From assembly GCF_004010195.1 (NCBI RefSeq), contig NC_057719.1, forward strand, positions 5,327,928-5,391,028: 63,101 nucleotides of DNA, written 5' to 3'. The notes below the pieces were generated by a model. The model had not been told where the DNA came from, did not search any database, and worked only from the letters and a program-made list of their open reading frames with translations. The stretch is from Chiloscyllium plagiosum. Lineage: Eukaryota. This document shows, piece after piece, positions 1 through 12,700 of the stretch (the stretch's first letter is position 1; every line of letters begins with the position of its first letter). The position numbers and the translations under genes were made by a program.

Positions 1-148
1 GCAACATTTAAGAGGCATTTGGATGGGTATATGAATAGGAAGGGTTTGGGTGCTGGCAGGTGGGACTAGATTGGGTTTGGATATCTGGTCAGCATGGACG
101 GGTTGATCCGAAGGGTCTGTTTCCATGCTGTATATCTCTATGACTGTA
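1..148 (+). mobile_element. CR1/HER1-like LINE 3' end
   Basis: Same tail as other copies in the window (...gaagggtctgtttccatgctg...ctctatgact, cf. 5220-5260). Confidence 0.75.
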
Positions 149-400
149 GTGTTTGTTACAGTCCTTGCACGGTATTTTGTAAATGACGTTAGTTTTGCTC
201 ATTGTCTGTATAGGGTCTTTCAAGTTCATTAGCTGCTGTTTTAGTGTGTTGGTTGGTTTGTGGGCTATAACATATAACCCAAACATATATATAGAATTTT
301 CAGCATTGCTTCGCATGAGGTCCACTGAAAATGTTACCCAGTAAGGTAACGAAATGTCTGGAAATGAACCTTTCAGCTCAGCGAGCAAACCTACATCTTA
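149..400. mobile_element. Penelope-like fragment: GIY-YIG piece on the minus strand plus a terminal repeat with a hammerhead-like motif on the plus strand
   Basis: Minus translation KTNVIYKIPCKDCNKHY; motif tcca-CTGAAAA-tgttacc..ggtaac-GAAA-tgtc-tgga at 321-362. Confidence 0.7.
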
Positions 401-704
401 CCAATAGATTGTCCAATTGATTAATGGATATGACTCTGTTTGCATGGTGGAGCAGGCTTGACAAGTTGAATAGATTACTGTTTTTATTTTTGATTACTGA
501 ACAAGAGGGAATGGTGAATGAGATCATAATGCTTGTCACCTTCTTTGTGAACTCTTGAACTTGTAAATTAAGTCATCTTGCATTCAGTATTTTCCATTTC
601 TTTCCTGAAAGGACACATTTGTATTTTTGTAGTACCTTTAAGATTTCAAGATATTCCCAGTTACAGCCAAAGATATAAAGATGAAAATGCACAGATTGCA
701 ATGT

Positions 705-2200
705 CCATAAGATGTAGGAATAGAAATAGACCATTCAGCCATCAAGTCTGCTCCGCCAATCAATGAGATTGTGGCTGATCTGATAATCCTCACCTCCACT
801 TTCCTGTCTTAACCCCATAATACTCATTTCCTTACTGATTAAAAACTTGCCCCTCAAGCGTTCTTAACAATCCAGTCTTGACAGGCTTCTGAGGTAAATA
901 ATTCCACAGATTCACTATCCACTGATTGAAGAAGTTTCTCCTCAGCCCTGTCTTAAATGTTTGATCCTTTACTCTAAGCTTATGCCCACTGGTCTTAGAC
1001 ATTCCCACAAGGGGAAACAACCTTTCCACGTCTACTCTGTCAAGTCCCCGAAGAACCTGGTATGTTTGATAAGATCACCCCTCACTCTTCTAAATTCCAA
1101 CACAGGTAGGATCTGTACACGATAACTGTAACCTTATTCATATTTTATATAGTTAAAGCATAACCTTGCTGTTCTTAAACTCTAGGAGAAAGTGAGGACT
1201 GCAGATGCTGGAGATCAGAGCTGAAAATGTGTTGCTGGAAAAGCGCAGCAGGTCAGGCAGCATCCAAGAAGCAGGAGAATCAACGTTTCGGGCATGAGCC
1301 CTTCTTCAGGAATGGGCTGAAGAAGGGCTCATGTTCTTCAACTCTATAAGATACAAGATATGGATAGAGCAGTGGAATTGGCCATTTGGCCCAACAAGCC
1401 AGCTCCACCATTCGATCATGACTGATATGTTTCTCAGCCCCATAGAAGTCCTCTCTAACATCTCTGCTGAAAGGTCTGCTCCTAATTTTCAGACTATGCC
1501 CCATAGTTCCAGAATCCCCAACCAGAGGAAATAGTTTATCTTTATGTGCTCTAGCATTTCTCATAACTATCTTGAAGACTTTGATAAGATCACCTTTAGC
1601 CTTCTAAATTCTTAAGAAAATAAGTGTAATTTATTTAATATTTCCCCATAACGTAACTCTTGAAATCCAGCTCTCATTCTTGAAAATGTGATGACCAGTT
1701 ATCTTTCTCTATGGTCTGTGGGATTATAGCAACTTTACTAACTCACCATAAATAGGGCCACCACAATTATACACAGTAATCTGTAAGTGTGCTCTTTACA
1801 AAGCAGTGTGCAGTTGGAGAAATATCTGTCTATTTTTATTGTCCATCACCCTTGCAAGAAAAGCAGCACTTCATTAACATTTCAAGTTACTTGCTAACCA
1901 TTTTATAATGAGTAAGGGAATGGAACATGTAATTACAGCACAGGAACAGGCCCTACAGCCCACCATGTCCGCTCTGGTCATGATGCCACTCTAAACTAAT
2001 CCCATCTGCCTGCATGTGGTCCATATCTCACTATTCCCGACCTGTTCATGTGTCTAAATGCCTCTTAAATATTGCTATATCATCTGCTTCTACCACTTTC
2101 CATGGCAGCACGTTCCAGGTGCCACCACCCTCTGTGCAAAAAAACTTGCTTTGCACATCTCCTTTAAACTTTCCTCCTCTCACCTTAAACCTATGCCTGC
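705..2200 (-). mobile_element. Several CR1-like LINE 3' fragments
   Basis: Minus ORFs with the CR1 C-terminal motif (GHKLRV...RRNFF.Q..VNLWN.LP; GHSLKI; KFF..WNVLP..VVEA..FKRHLD). Confidence 0.75.
1185..1333. mobile_element. Short Penelope-like terminal-repeat insertion with fold-back end and TSD
   Basis: Repeat ggagaaagtgaggactgcagatgctgg... shared with 3800 and 42261; 17-bp perfect stem catgagcccttcttcag/ctgaagaagggctcatg; flanking duplication ttctt(a/c)aactcta. Confidence 0.75.
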
Positions 2201-2299
2201 AAGTCATTTGCCACCCACTCCACCAACCTATCAACGCCCTTTTAGGAGTTCCACACTGTGCTCCACACAGTGTTCCTTTTGTTTTTAGAAGATGTGGTA

Positions 2300-2757
2300 C
2301 TAAGTTCCGATTTAGGGCTTAGTGAGAACAAGTGTGTTCAGAAAGATTTACAATTGATTTAGAACTTTGAAAGAATGGGATCATTTTTGTAGTTTCCAGT
2401 TAGAAGTTTCAGTAGATTTTCTGGTAAAGATTGTGCTTGAATTACATCTATTAGCAAGAAATTAACTTGGAGTAGCTATTCCGGTGGAGATTGAAATGAC
2501 TAGACTTCAGATAAGGATTGAATTGGATTACAGTTTTGGGGAAGAAATTTGAGTTGGATTTGAGTTTTGAAATTAGACTGTGATTGTGTTAAAAGTTTTG
2601 GTAAAGATTTAGAATAACATGAAAATTCAGTTAAAGATTATGATTTAGAACTTTTTAATAGATTGGATAGAATTTGAGCTTCTGGTAAAATATATGGATG
2701 GAAGTAGAGTTCCTTGTAGAAAATGGGATTGGATTAGACCTTCAGGTAAAATCAGGC
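2300..2757. repeat. Degenerate ~30-bp tandem array
   Basis: Recurring unit resembling TAGAgttTCtGGTAAAGAtt..GATTGGAT at 28-31 nt spacing. Confidence 0.5.
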
Positions 2758-3798
2758 AAGATAACATGGATTTATAAGAACATCCACTTTCCAATTGTGA
2801 CATTTTGGATCATGTGACTTTTCACTCAATTTGTTTAGGTCCCTGAGATTATAGTCTTTATGTTTCTTTTGTCCTTTATTTTTGTGCATAATTGGGAATT
2901 AAATAAACCCATAGTTCTGTCTGAAGTCTCTACGCAGTCAAATGCAAAATAAATTGTCTTTAATATGAAACTTTAGCTCCTATGATATCTTTTGATCTGA
3001 AGGCAACAGATTATCTTTTCTTTATTTGAGGATCAGTGCATGCTAGGCTAACATTTATTGCCCATGCCTGACCTTCCTTGAGATAATGGTGGTAAGTCCT
3101 CTCTTGAAACACTGCTGTCCACATGACATAGGTACACCCTCATCGCTATTAAAGTAGAATTCCAGGAAATAAACCACATACTAGACAAATAGTAACTAAT
3201 AAAGTAGTAAACCGTCCAAGTTGGGAGAGTACGTGCATACTGATGTCACTAGTTTATTGACAGAGAGAACAAATATCTTCCATTATTATGTTTTTTAACT
3301 ACTCCCTTTGTCAGTTCTGTAACTAACACCCTCTCAGGAAAGGATAAGTACACCAGGGTTTTAATTTCATTTCACTGAGCAGGAATTACATAGGGCTATT
3401 TTTTCCAATTTATTCCTGGGATATGAGCATTATTTGGTGGGCCAGTACTTATTGCCCATCCTTGGCTGCCTTTGAGCAGGTGGTCTTGAGCTGCCTTCTT
3501 GAACTAAACTTGTTCATTTTGTGTTGATAGACCCAAAAGGCCAGGAGCCAAAATTTCATGAAGCTGAAAACTCATGTTATATTAATCCAAAATCTAATCA
3601 AATGATTTAGGAAAAAAATCATAGCTTTTAAAGATACATTAAATTCTTATTAAGGTAAGCACTATGGTCATTTATGGTTTTTTTTTGCTTTTGTGTAGCC
3701 ATACGTATTACAATAAATGCAATACATAACTAAACTTAAAATGATTTTCAGCCTATTGGGACTATCAGAATGAGTGGGGTTGGCATCTTAAACAACCT

Positions 3799-3963
3799 AG
3801 GAGAAAGTGAGGACTGCAGATGCTGGAGATCAGAGCTGAAAATGTGTTGCTGGAAAAGCACAGCAGGTCCTGAAGAAGGGCTCATGCCCAAAACGTCGAT
3901 TCTCCTCCTCCTTGGATGCTGCCTGACCTGCTGCGCTTTTCCAGCAACACATTTTCAGCTTCA
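3799..3963. mobile_element. Inverted Penelope-like terminal-repeat insertion with 15-bp TSD
   Basis: catcttaaacaacct at 3784-3798 and 3964-3978; internal arms are reverse complements. Confidence 0.8.
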
Positions 3964-4359
3964 CATCTTAAACAACCTTCCAGTGTTTCCCTGCAAAGAC
4001 TCATGGCAGTATTTATAATTAAAATTATGAATTTGATATAAACTGTGAGTCTTACACTTTGATTTATTCTAAGTTTTGGTTTTTGGCTTTTTAACCTGTG
4101 GATTTTGCATGTGTCTTAATTGAATAATTAACTTGTAAATATTTCTATTACCATTGTGGTTTATTTTATAACAGTTTTTTGAGGCCTGGGTTTAGAATGA
4201 ATGGGTGTTTGTGCACCACTAAAGAATTTTTGTTTAACTTAGACTGCTTTTTGACCCAGAAAAGTAAACAATGGGGCCTCAAGGTTTGTTAGAGACTCCT
4301 GGAAGTAGTTATTTTTAAGCTTAAGCTTTCTTAGAGGTCTCCTTGGGCATCAGTTTTAA

Positions 4360-6090
4360 ATCTACACGCATTTAAAAATGAATGGACTTACTTGCAACAG
4401 ATAGCTTGGTTTTGTGCGAGGGAGGTCGTGCCTCACTAACTTGATCGAGTTTTTTGAGGAGGTGACAAAGATAATTGATGAGGGAAAAGTGGTTGATGTG
4501 TCTACACAGACTTCAGCAAAGCCTTTTACAAGATCCATCATGGTGGACTGGCACAAAAGGTGAACTCACTTGGTTTTAAGGGTGAGCTAGCAAAAACTTT
4601 TGGAATATTGTGTGCAATATTGGAATATTCTGGTCTCCTTCCTATCGGAAGCATGTTATGAAACTTGAAAAGGTTCAGAAAAGATTTACAAGGACGTTGC
4701 CAGGTTAGAGGATTTGATCTATAGGGAGAGGCTGAATAGGTTGGGCTGTTTTCCCTGGAGCGTCGAAGGCTGAGGGGTGACCTTATAGAGGTTTACAAAA
4801 TCATGAGGGGCATGTTTAGGATAAAAAGACAAAGTCTTTTCCCTGGGTTGGGGGAGTCCTCCCTGGAGCGTCGAAGGCTGAGGGGTGACCTTATAGAGGT
4901 TTACAAAATCATGAGGGGCATGTTTAGGATAAAAAGACAGTCTTTTCCCTGGGTTGGGGGAGTCCAGAACTAGAGGGCATAGCTTTAGAGTGAGAGGGGA
5001 AATATATAAAAGGGACATAAGGGACAACTTTTTCATGCAGAGGGTGGTGCGTGTATGGAATGAGCTGCCAGAGTGAGTGGTGGAGGCTGGTACAATTACA
5101 ACATTTAAAAGGCATCTAGATAGGTGTATGAGTAGAATGGGTTTGGAGGGATATGGGCAAGTGCTGCCAAATGGGACTAGATTTGGTTAGGATATCTGGT
5201 TGGCATGGATGAGTTGGAACTGAAGGGTCTGTTTCCGTGCTCTACATCTCTATGACTCTACGACTGGCTTAGTCATAGGAGACAGAGGGTAGCTGTGTTG
5301 AAAGGATGCTTTTCGGAATAGAAAAATGGCAGACGGAGTTTAATCCAGACAAATGTGAGGCGATGCATTTTGGAAGGTCAAGTATAGGTGGAAATTATAT
5401 GGTGAATGGCAGAACCATTAGGAGTAATGATATGCGGACAGATCTGGGTGTGCAGGTCCCCAGATCACTAAATGTGGCAATGCAGGTAGATAAGGTAGTA
5501 AAAAAAGGCTTATAGCATGCTTGCATTCATTTAAAGGACCATTAAGTGTAAAAGTAGACAAATTATGCTGCAGCTTTATTGAACTTTAGTTAAGCCACAC
5601 TTGGAATATTGAATACAGTTCTGGTCACCACACTATCAGAAGGAGCTAGATGCGTTGGACAGGGTACAGAACTGGTTTACCAGGATGTTGCCTGGTAAGG
5701 AGGATTTTAACAATGAAGAAAGGTTGAAAAGATTGGTTTCGTTTTCACTGGAATGCAGGAGATTGAGGGGCAACCTGATAGAAGTTGATAAGATTGTGAA
5801 TGGCATAGATAGGGTGGAAAGTATAAGGTGTTTTCTAGGGGACACAGGTTCAAGGTGCAGGGGGAATGTTTAAAAGAGATATGTAAGTAACACAAAGGGT
5901 GTGAGTGCTTGTAACACACTGGAGGTGTGCATTCAAGGAGCACATGGATGAATACATTAATAGGAGGGGAATAGAGGGATATAGATCCTGTAAGTAAAGA
6001 CAGTTTTAGTATGGAAAGGCAAAATGTGTCAGTGCAGGCTTGGATGGCTGAAGGGCCTGTTCCTGTGCTGTACTGTTCTTTATTCTTTGA
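4360..6090 (+). mobile_element. Nested CR1-like LINE ORF2 fragments
   Basis: RT/C-terminal motifs (WQTEFNPDKCEAMHFG, RVQNWFTRMLPG) and two 3' tails. Confidence 0.8.
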
Positions 6091-7092
6091 GTTTGAACAG
6101 TCCTGTGAAGTCCTGAGAAGGGAAGGATACAGTGACCTGGGTTATTTTAGACTGGAGTTAATGTTAATCCCAGACCAGAAGCATTAGGATAAAAGCCTGA
6201 AGAGGTTGCTTAAATCTGAGTACATTTAAACTCAGGTGTATAATAACGCCAAAAGAAGGTATCTGTAGCTGTAATCTGTAAGTCAAAGTCACAAAGGACT
6301 TAAATTTATCCAGATGGCACATACAGGGACTTGGCAGTTAGGCCATATAGGAGTGGTGCTTTGGGTATTGTGTCAGAGCTGTGTTTTGGGGTCCTGTACA
6401 AAAGCTGTGTTTTTCTTAAATTTATGAAGGAGTGTTTTGGGATAAATGCAATTGTACTTTTACTATATATTTAAAATCCTTGAATTTGTATTGTTAAGTA
6501 TGTAGTCTGGTACATTCTATTGTATCTTCATTTATGTTGTTAATAAACATCTGTTTTATTGTTAAAGCAAAATCTGTAACATTGGATGTTTATGATTCAG
6601 CAAGACACCACTTTGTTAAAACTAAATCAGATCAGAATATGATCAACAAGCCAGGTTTTTGTCTGAAATCCAACGTAACAAATAATAACATCAGTGAGGA
6701 TCATAACACAGAGCTTTTATCCAAGTTCCAAAATAGTCCAGTCGCATAAATTTGTCACCTTTCTGAGGCAAAATGAAACGCTGAATGGTATTGTGCACAA
6801 TTATCTCGAGCTAGAGACACTGGAATAATCTGCTTTCAAGGAAAGTCTTGTATTAATTCTGCAAGCAAAAATGGAACACAACGTAGCTATAGAAACATAC
6901 TATAACTTAAAAAAAGTTGCATTCCTACCTGAAATATAAAAATCCTTTGATTGTTTAGAATAGTTAATGAAATGTTAATTTCCTTGTAAACACTCGACAC
7001 ATTCTAAAGATAAATCACCTTGCCTGCAGTTTTTTTCTTTCTTTTCTGCAATAAAGGACTTGTATTTATAAAATACCTTTTACAATTTTAAG

Positions 7093-7356
7093 GTTTCCTG
7101 GCTCAGGTGACTGTCTGTGTGGAGTTTGCACATTCTCCCCGTGTTTGCATGGGTTTTCTCTGGGTGCTCCAGTTTCCTCCCACAATCCAAAGATGTGCAG
7201 GTCAGGTAAATTGGTCATGCTAAATTGCCCATTGTATTAGCTGCATTAGTCAGGGGTAAACATAGGATAGGGAGCTGGGTGGGTTACTCTTCGGAGGGTC
7301 GGTATGGGCTTGTTGGGCCAAATGGCTTGTTTCCATACTGTACAGAATCTAATCTA
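7093..7356 (+). mobile_element. HE1-like SINE, 5'-truncated
   Basis: Body matches the full copy at 57755-58076. Confidence 0.8.
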
Positions 7357-8041
7357 AATATGTATCTAAAAATGCATTTTTTGAAATATGCTTACTGGTA
7401 TATTGCCTGGAAACATGGTAACCAATCTGTGCATATCAATGCTCACAAACTGCAATGAGATGGTGGTCAGATAATTTATTTATTTTTAGTAATGTGTAGT
7501 TAAAGAACAACTACCTATTTGTGAGAAAATCATTAATAATTCCTATCACCATGGCATCTCACCACAAAATGTTTAGTTGAGCCACCATATCTAATCTAGT
7601 TGTGTTGCTTTAAAGAACAGGATGCTTTTCAATCTTTCAATTTGCTAAACTTTAAGCTCCATCTATGGACAGCGGGGGGTGACGATCAGATGATTGTGAC
7701 AACCATGTCCTGTATCTTTTCAATATCTCACTGCAAAGTTTCATCAAACTATTTGGTGTTCACAGCACATAGTTGCAACAAGACCTTAAATACTCCAATC
7801 AGAGAAATATTTTTCCTCACTTCCTCAAGAAAGTTGTCAGTCTTCTAAGCAAAATATGCACAATTATCTAAGTTGACATAGTTGAAGGATGAATCACACA
7901 GATACTAGAATAACTTATTTTAACAACAATATGGGGCATGATACCTGAAGTGAAAGTGCCATAAAAGCATATCAAAAATCTAAAAATAACAATGTTCTAA
8001 CTTATCAGTTGTGGATGAGATGGAAAAATGTATCTTCTTTG

Positions 8042-8201
8042 CGCAGAACAATCTCGATTATCCGAACGAGACAGGCGGGAAGTATTTTGTTCGGATAAGT
8101 GATGTTCGGATAACAGATAACATTTTACGGGATCTTGAGATCTTGTTTGAATAATCCGAAATTTGGATAATTGACATTCAGATAACTGAGGTTGTTTCGC
8201 A
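8042..8201. mobile_element. MITE with imperfect terminal inverted repeats (Tigger/pogo-like style)
   Basis: Left gcagaacaatctcgattatccgaa vs right reverse complement gcgaaacaacctcagttatctgaa; internal ttcggataa repeats. Confidence 0.6.
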
Positions 8202-9570
8202 AACTCTAATACCTTTCTAAGAAACAAATCACAATGCCCTAAATTTTCTTCTATTTATGTAGCATATTTACACCCGAAAGACTCCACAACATTACAGAAA
8301 AATGTAATTTTTGTCTTGTAGTTACTGCTATAATGTAAGAAAGTGTGTCAGGCTATTCTCACACAGCGATGTTGTCTCACAAACAGCAATGAGACAATGA
8401 TCAGATAATGTTTTTCAGTCATTGCTCATTAAAGATAAATCACTTGTTTGTGAGTCATGTTTTAGATACTGTGATATCAGTGTTTTTCTCTGAAATCATT
8501 TCATTCCATCACCATGTCTGATATATATACATGCTGCTTTAAGGATGTAACTTCTTTATTTTAGTTATTCTCTAAACTGAGATCCACCACCTATGTTAAA
8601 TATATATTCAAGTTGTGACCAAATGATTTATTTACCACAGTTTTGAGGTCAATGCTAGCCTCAATATTTTATTGTGCATTTCAAAGAAGTAAGTCCTCCT
8701 CTTTTTCAATCTAAAATTGTACTCTAATATGGATATGATAAGAAAAGAATTTTTGCAGAAAAGATTGGTTGGGTGGGCTGAACAGTGACAAATGGTATCA
8801 GCCCTGAGAAGTGAGAGCTAATGCACTTGGAAAGAGCTAACAAGATAAGGGATTACACTATGAATGGTAGGATTATAGAAACTACTGAAGATCAGAGGCA
8901 CCTTTGTGCGTTTATCCACATCGCTGAAGGTAGCAAGGCAGTTAGATAATGTAGTTAAGAAGGCATATTGAATACTTTGCATTCTTAGCTGAGGCACAGA
9001 ATACAAGAGCAGGGAGGCTATGCTATAACTTTATAAAATGCTGGTTTGGCCATAATTGAATACTGTTTGTAGTTCTGGTCTCCATAGTCTAGGAAGCATG
9101 TGATTCCATTATGGAAGGGACAGAGGAGATTTACCCAGGATGTTGCCTGTCTGGAGGGTGTGACCTATGAGGAAAGTTTGGAGAGACTTGGGGTGCTTTC
9201 CCTGGAACAACAAAGGTTGACCATAAAATACTTTGGTGAGCGAAATATTTACTAAACCTTGCCTTTCTTCTTCATTAAATTTTGCAGTGTCCAGAATTAA
9301 TATGAAAATGAACAATTATCTAAAGAATAAGATTAGAAACAACTAACACATTCTCTGGAATAACCTGTTTTGTGGAAGGAAAATAGTGTATTCTTGAAGT
9401 GAAATTGAAACATAACATAGTCATGAAAGTAATCAAAAATTTAACTACATTATTACCTACCTGTCATGAAACTATTACTACACCATTTAGTGCAAACTAA
9501 CTGGAATTTCCTCAGTTAAAAGGCGAGCATTAATGACTGAATTCTTTTTCTAGTTTCCTATCTTTGTGCA

Positions 9571-9729
9571 TTAGGTTGATTGGGCCTGTCCCAGTGTGAT
9601 TTCCAGCAGCTGTCTGATCATAGAGGAGTGCGTATCATGAAAGGGCAAGCCATCCACTTCCATTCCCAGATTCCCAGTTTTTCCACTTCGAATTCCATGT
9701 TTCACCAACAACTCCAACAGCTTTTCTTC
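9571..9729 (-). CDS. DGLUCY: DGLUCY last coding exon: [52 protein letters not shown]
   Basis: 159 nt; CAG acceptor; TAA stop at 9573-9571. Confidence 0.94.
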   Translation of the reverse strand, partial: EEKLLELLVKHGIRSGKTGNLGMEVDGLPFHDTHSSMIRQLLEITLGQAQST

Positions 9730-12700
9730 CTGAAGGCAGATGAAAACATTGATTACAGAACTGGGATTTTATAAGCTTCTGGAAGGACAGAAAAGACAAG
9801 TCTCCTTATTGCAGAAAGAAGATGGTAGTTTGACAAATGTAGATTTGGAAAAAATAATTTCACTTGTGGGACTGAAAAAAACCAGAAAAGTCACAAATAT
9901 AAGACAGTGATTAATAAATCCAGTAGGGAAGTCAGAAGACATTTCTTTACCCAGCAGTTAAAATGTGGAACTTGCCGCTAGAGAAATAATGAAAAGAGTC
10001 ATATAAATTCATAGATGATGGAGAAAGGAAAAGGAGGGGAAAAAATGGTATAAAAAGGGATGGGAGGAGACTTATTTGGTGCATAAACACTGGCATATGT
10101 GGTGCATATACTATTTGGGCTGAATGAGCTGCTTGTTTATTGTAAATTTGATACAACGTTCAGCATACACCAAGCAAAGAGTGCAACATTGTTTAAGATT
10201 AGATTACTCACAGTGTGGAAACAGGCCCTTCGGCCCAACAAGTCCACCCAAACATCAACCCACCCAGACCCATTCCCCTACATTTACTCCTTCACCTAAC
10301 ACTACAGGCAATTTAGCATGGCCAATTCACCGAACGTGCACATTTTTGGACTGTGGGAGGAAACCGGAGCACCCGGAGGAAACCCACGCAGAGGATGTGC
10401 AAACTCCACACAGATAGTTGCCTGAGGCGGAAATTGAACCCGGGTCTCAGGCACTGCGAAGCAGCACTGCTAACCACTGTGCCACATGCCACCTATTGAT
10501 TCGTGCTAACCAGCAGATCTGGTGTGCTACTGGCTGTGTGTAAAATGATGACAGAAAGTAGCTTCACCTCTACAATTACATAGCAGATGCTTTTCCCAGA
10601 GAAACTGGGGAGAACCTGCTTCACTGAAGGAGAGATTATTTTAAAAAGTCAAGTTTGTCAGTGTAGTTAGTATTGTGCTTCCTAACATTAACAGCTAACA
10701 GACAGGTATGGTTACAAAAATATTTTTTAAAAAAAGGCTAATGCCTTTATCTCAAGAGTATTGTAATACAAAGGGATGAAAGTTATGTTACAGTTGAATA
10801 AAGCTCTGGCTAAACCTGCTTTAAAAGTGGTGTATTTACTTCTAAACCTCAAAGGATATACTCGTCTTGAGTGGAATGCAGCACAGATTCACTAGCATGA
10901 TACCAGGATTATAAGAGTTGTTTCATGATGGAATTACATAACTGAGATATGTATTCCTTTGATTAAGCAGTGATTTAATTGAGATGTTTAAGTGAACAAG
11001 GAGGTGGTAGAAAGGAACTATTTACTATAGTGAGACTATCCAGAGGAAAGAACAGAACCTCAAAATTAGAACTAGGCTGTTCAAAGATGATACCAGGAAA
11101 TACAGATGCACTGAAGAAAATGATAAAAATCTTATGTTCTCTACCTCAAAAAAAAATGATGAGATCAATTGTGAATTGCATAACTGAGATTGAGGGTATC
11201 AAGGAATGTGGAATGAATAGGGTAAACAGATTGATTTATCTGAAGCTCAAGAGACTGAATGGCCCCCACCTGTTCTATATTTATTGATTAATTCTTTACC
11301 CAACGTGTTTGGATAATCACGTGGATAATGATGGGATAGCGTAGGGGGACGAGCGGAGAATAATTCACAGGTTGGCGCAACATTGAGGGCCGAAGGGTCC
11401 GTTCTGCGCTGTATTGTTCTATGTTCTATGTTAATCAACATAATTTATAAAGCACTTTGAGTCATTTCTAAGAATCTGCATAAGATATTACATGAAGGAA
11501 ATGTTTTTCTTCTAGTGAGTCATATTGAAACAAGCAGTTACTATGACAACCTTTATACCCAACTTTACCAGAAGGAAACATCCCATCAGACGTAAAAATA
11601 ACAAGCCATCAGGATAACAAACAAGACAGGAGTCATAAAAGTTGCCTTTAACCAACCACCCTGTTGGTAAGTAGGGTGCGATGCAGAAAACTTAACGATT
11701 AGGAGGAACGAAAACATAAAAATAAGTAAATGACATGATGTATCCATTTCAAACAATTCAATTTTTTTGTTTTAAAGGGGTTAAAAGGCTAGCAGTACAA
11801 TCCAGGATAGCATTGAGGGAGAAATAGATTAGAAAAAAGAACCAATAGATCAAGAGGCACTAGTTTGACTGAAAAAAAATAAAAGAAACTTGCATTTCTA
11901 TATTTTCTTTCATTGCCTCAGGACATCTCAAAGTGCTTAACAGTCAATGAATACCTATGAGGTGCAGTCATTGTTGTAATGTAGAAAAACATGATTTGGA
12001 GGTGCCGGTGTTGGACTGGGCTGTACAAAGTTAAAAATCACACAACACCAGGTTATGGTCAAACAGATTTATTTGGAAGCACTACCTTTCAGAGTGCTGT
12101 CCTTTATCAGGAACCAAATTGCACAAAGAGCTCTCATATAAAGCAATATCTTATGAATCAATACTCTGTTTTTTTTAGTGATGTTGATGATTATACCAGG
12201 TCAAAACTCTACATTCTTTACTTTTAAAACTTTCAGATGTGAAAAGAGAGGATCATTAAGAAGTATTTGAAGTTCCACAGTTTTGGGAGCCTGGGAAGGA
12301 ATAAGCCAGAGAAGACAGTCAGAGTCAAGACTTGATTTCAAGGTGCAGAGAAAGAGTCTGTAAGGGAGAGCCTTGAAGAACAAGAGAGTTAAACTCAGGA
12401 TCAAAGAGCTGAGTAGCCTTGATAAAATAAGAAATAGACAAAGGATGGCTGATAGGAGCAGGAGATGACAAAGAAAAAATAACTCACTGGAAAGTGACCT
12501 ATTATTCTGGGAGAAAATAAATCCCTTTGTTACTTACCTTCTGGACTGTAGGCAGTGCCAAGATGTAGCCAACCATTTCAGATGTCATAGGAAACCCAAG
12601 TGCTTTGCGTAGATAGCGTTCGTGGATTGCGCAGCTATTGAGAATGTACAGACCGCAGGCTACAGCATAACCTCCCCAGTTTGATACACCTAATAAAAAT

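Noticed and set aside
4040..6707. Possible LTR split by CR1 (ends ...gatcataaca, AATAAA at ~6542)
   Set aside because: No TSD or second copy identifiable, so the boundaries cannot be supported.
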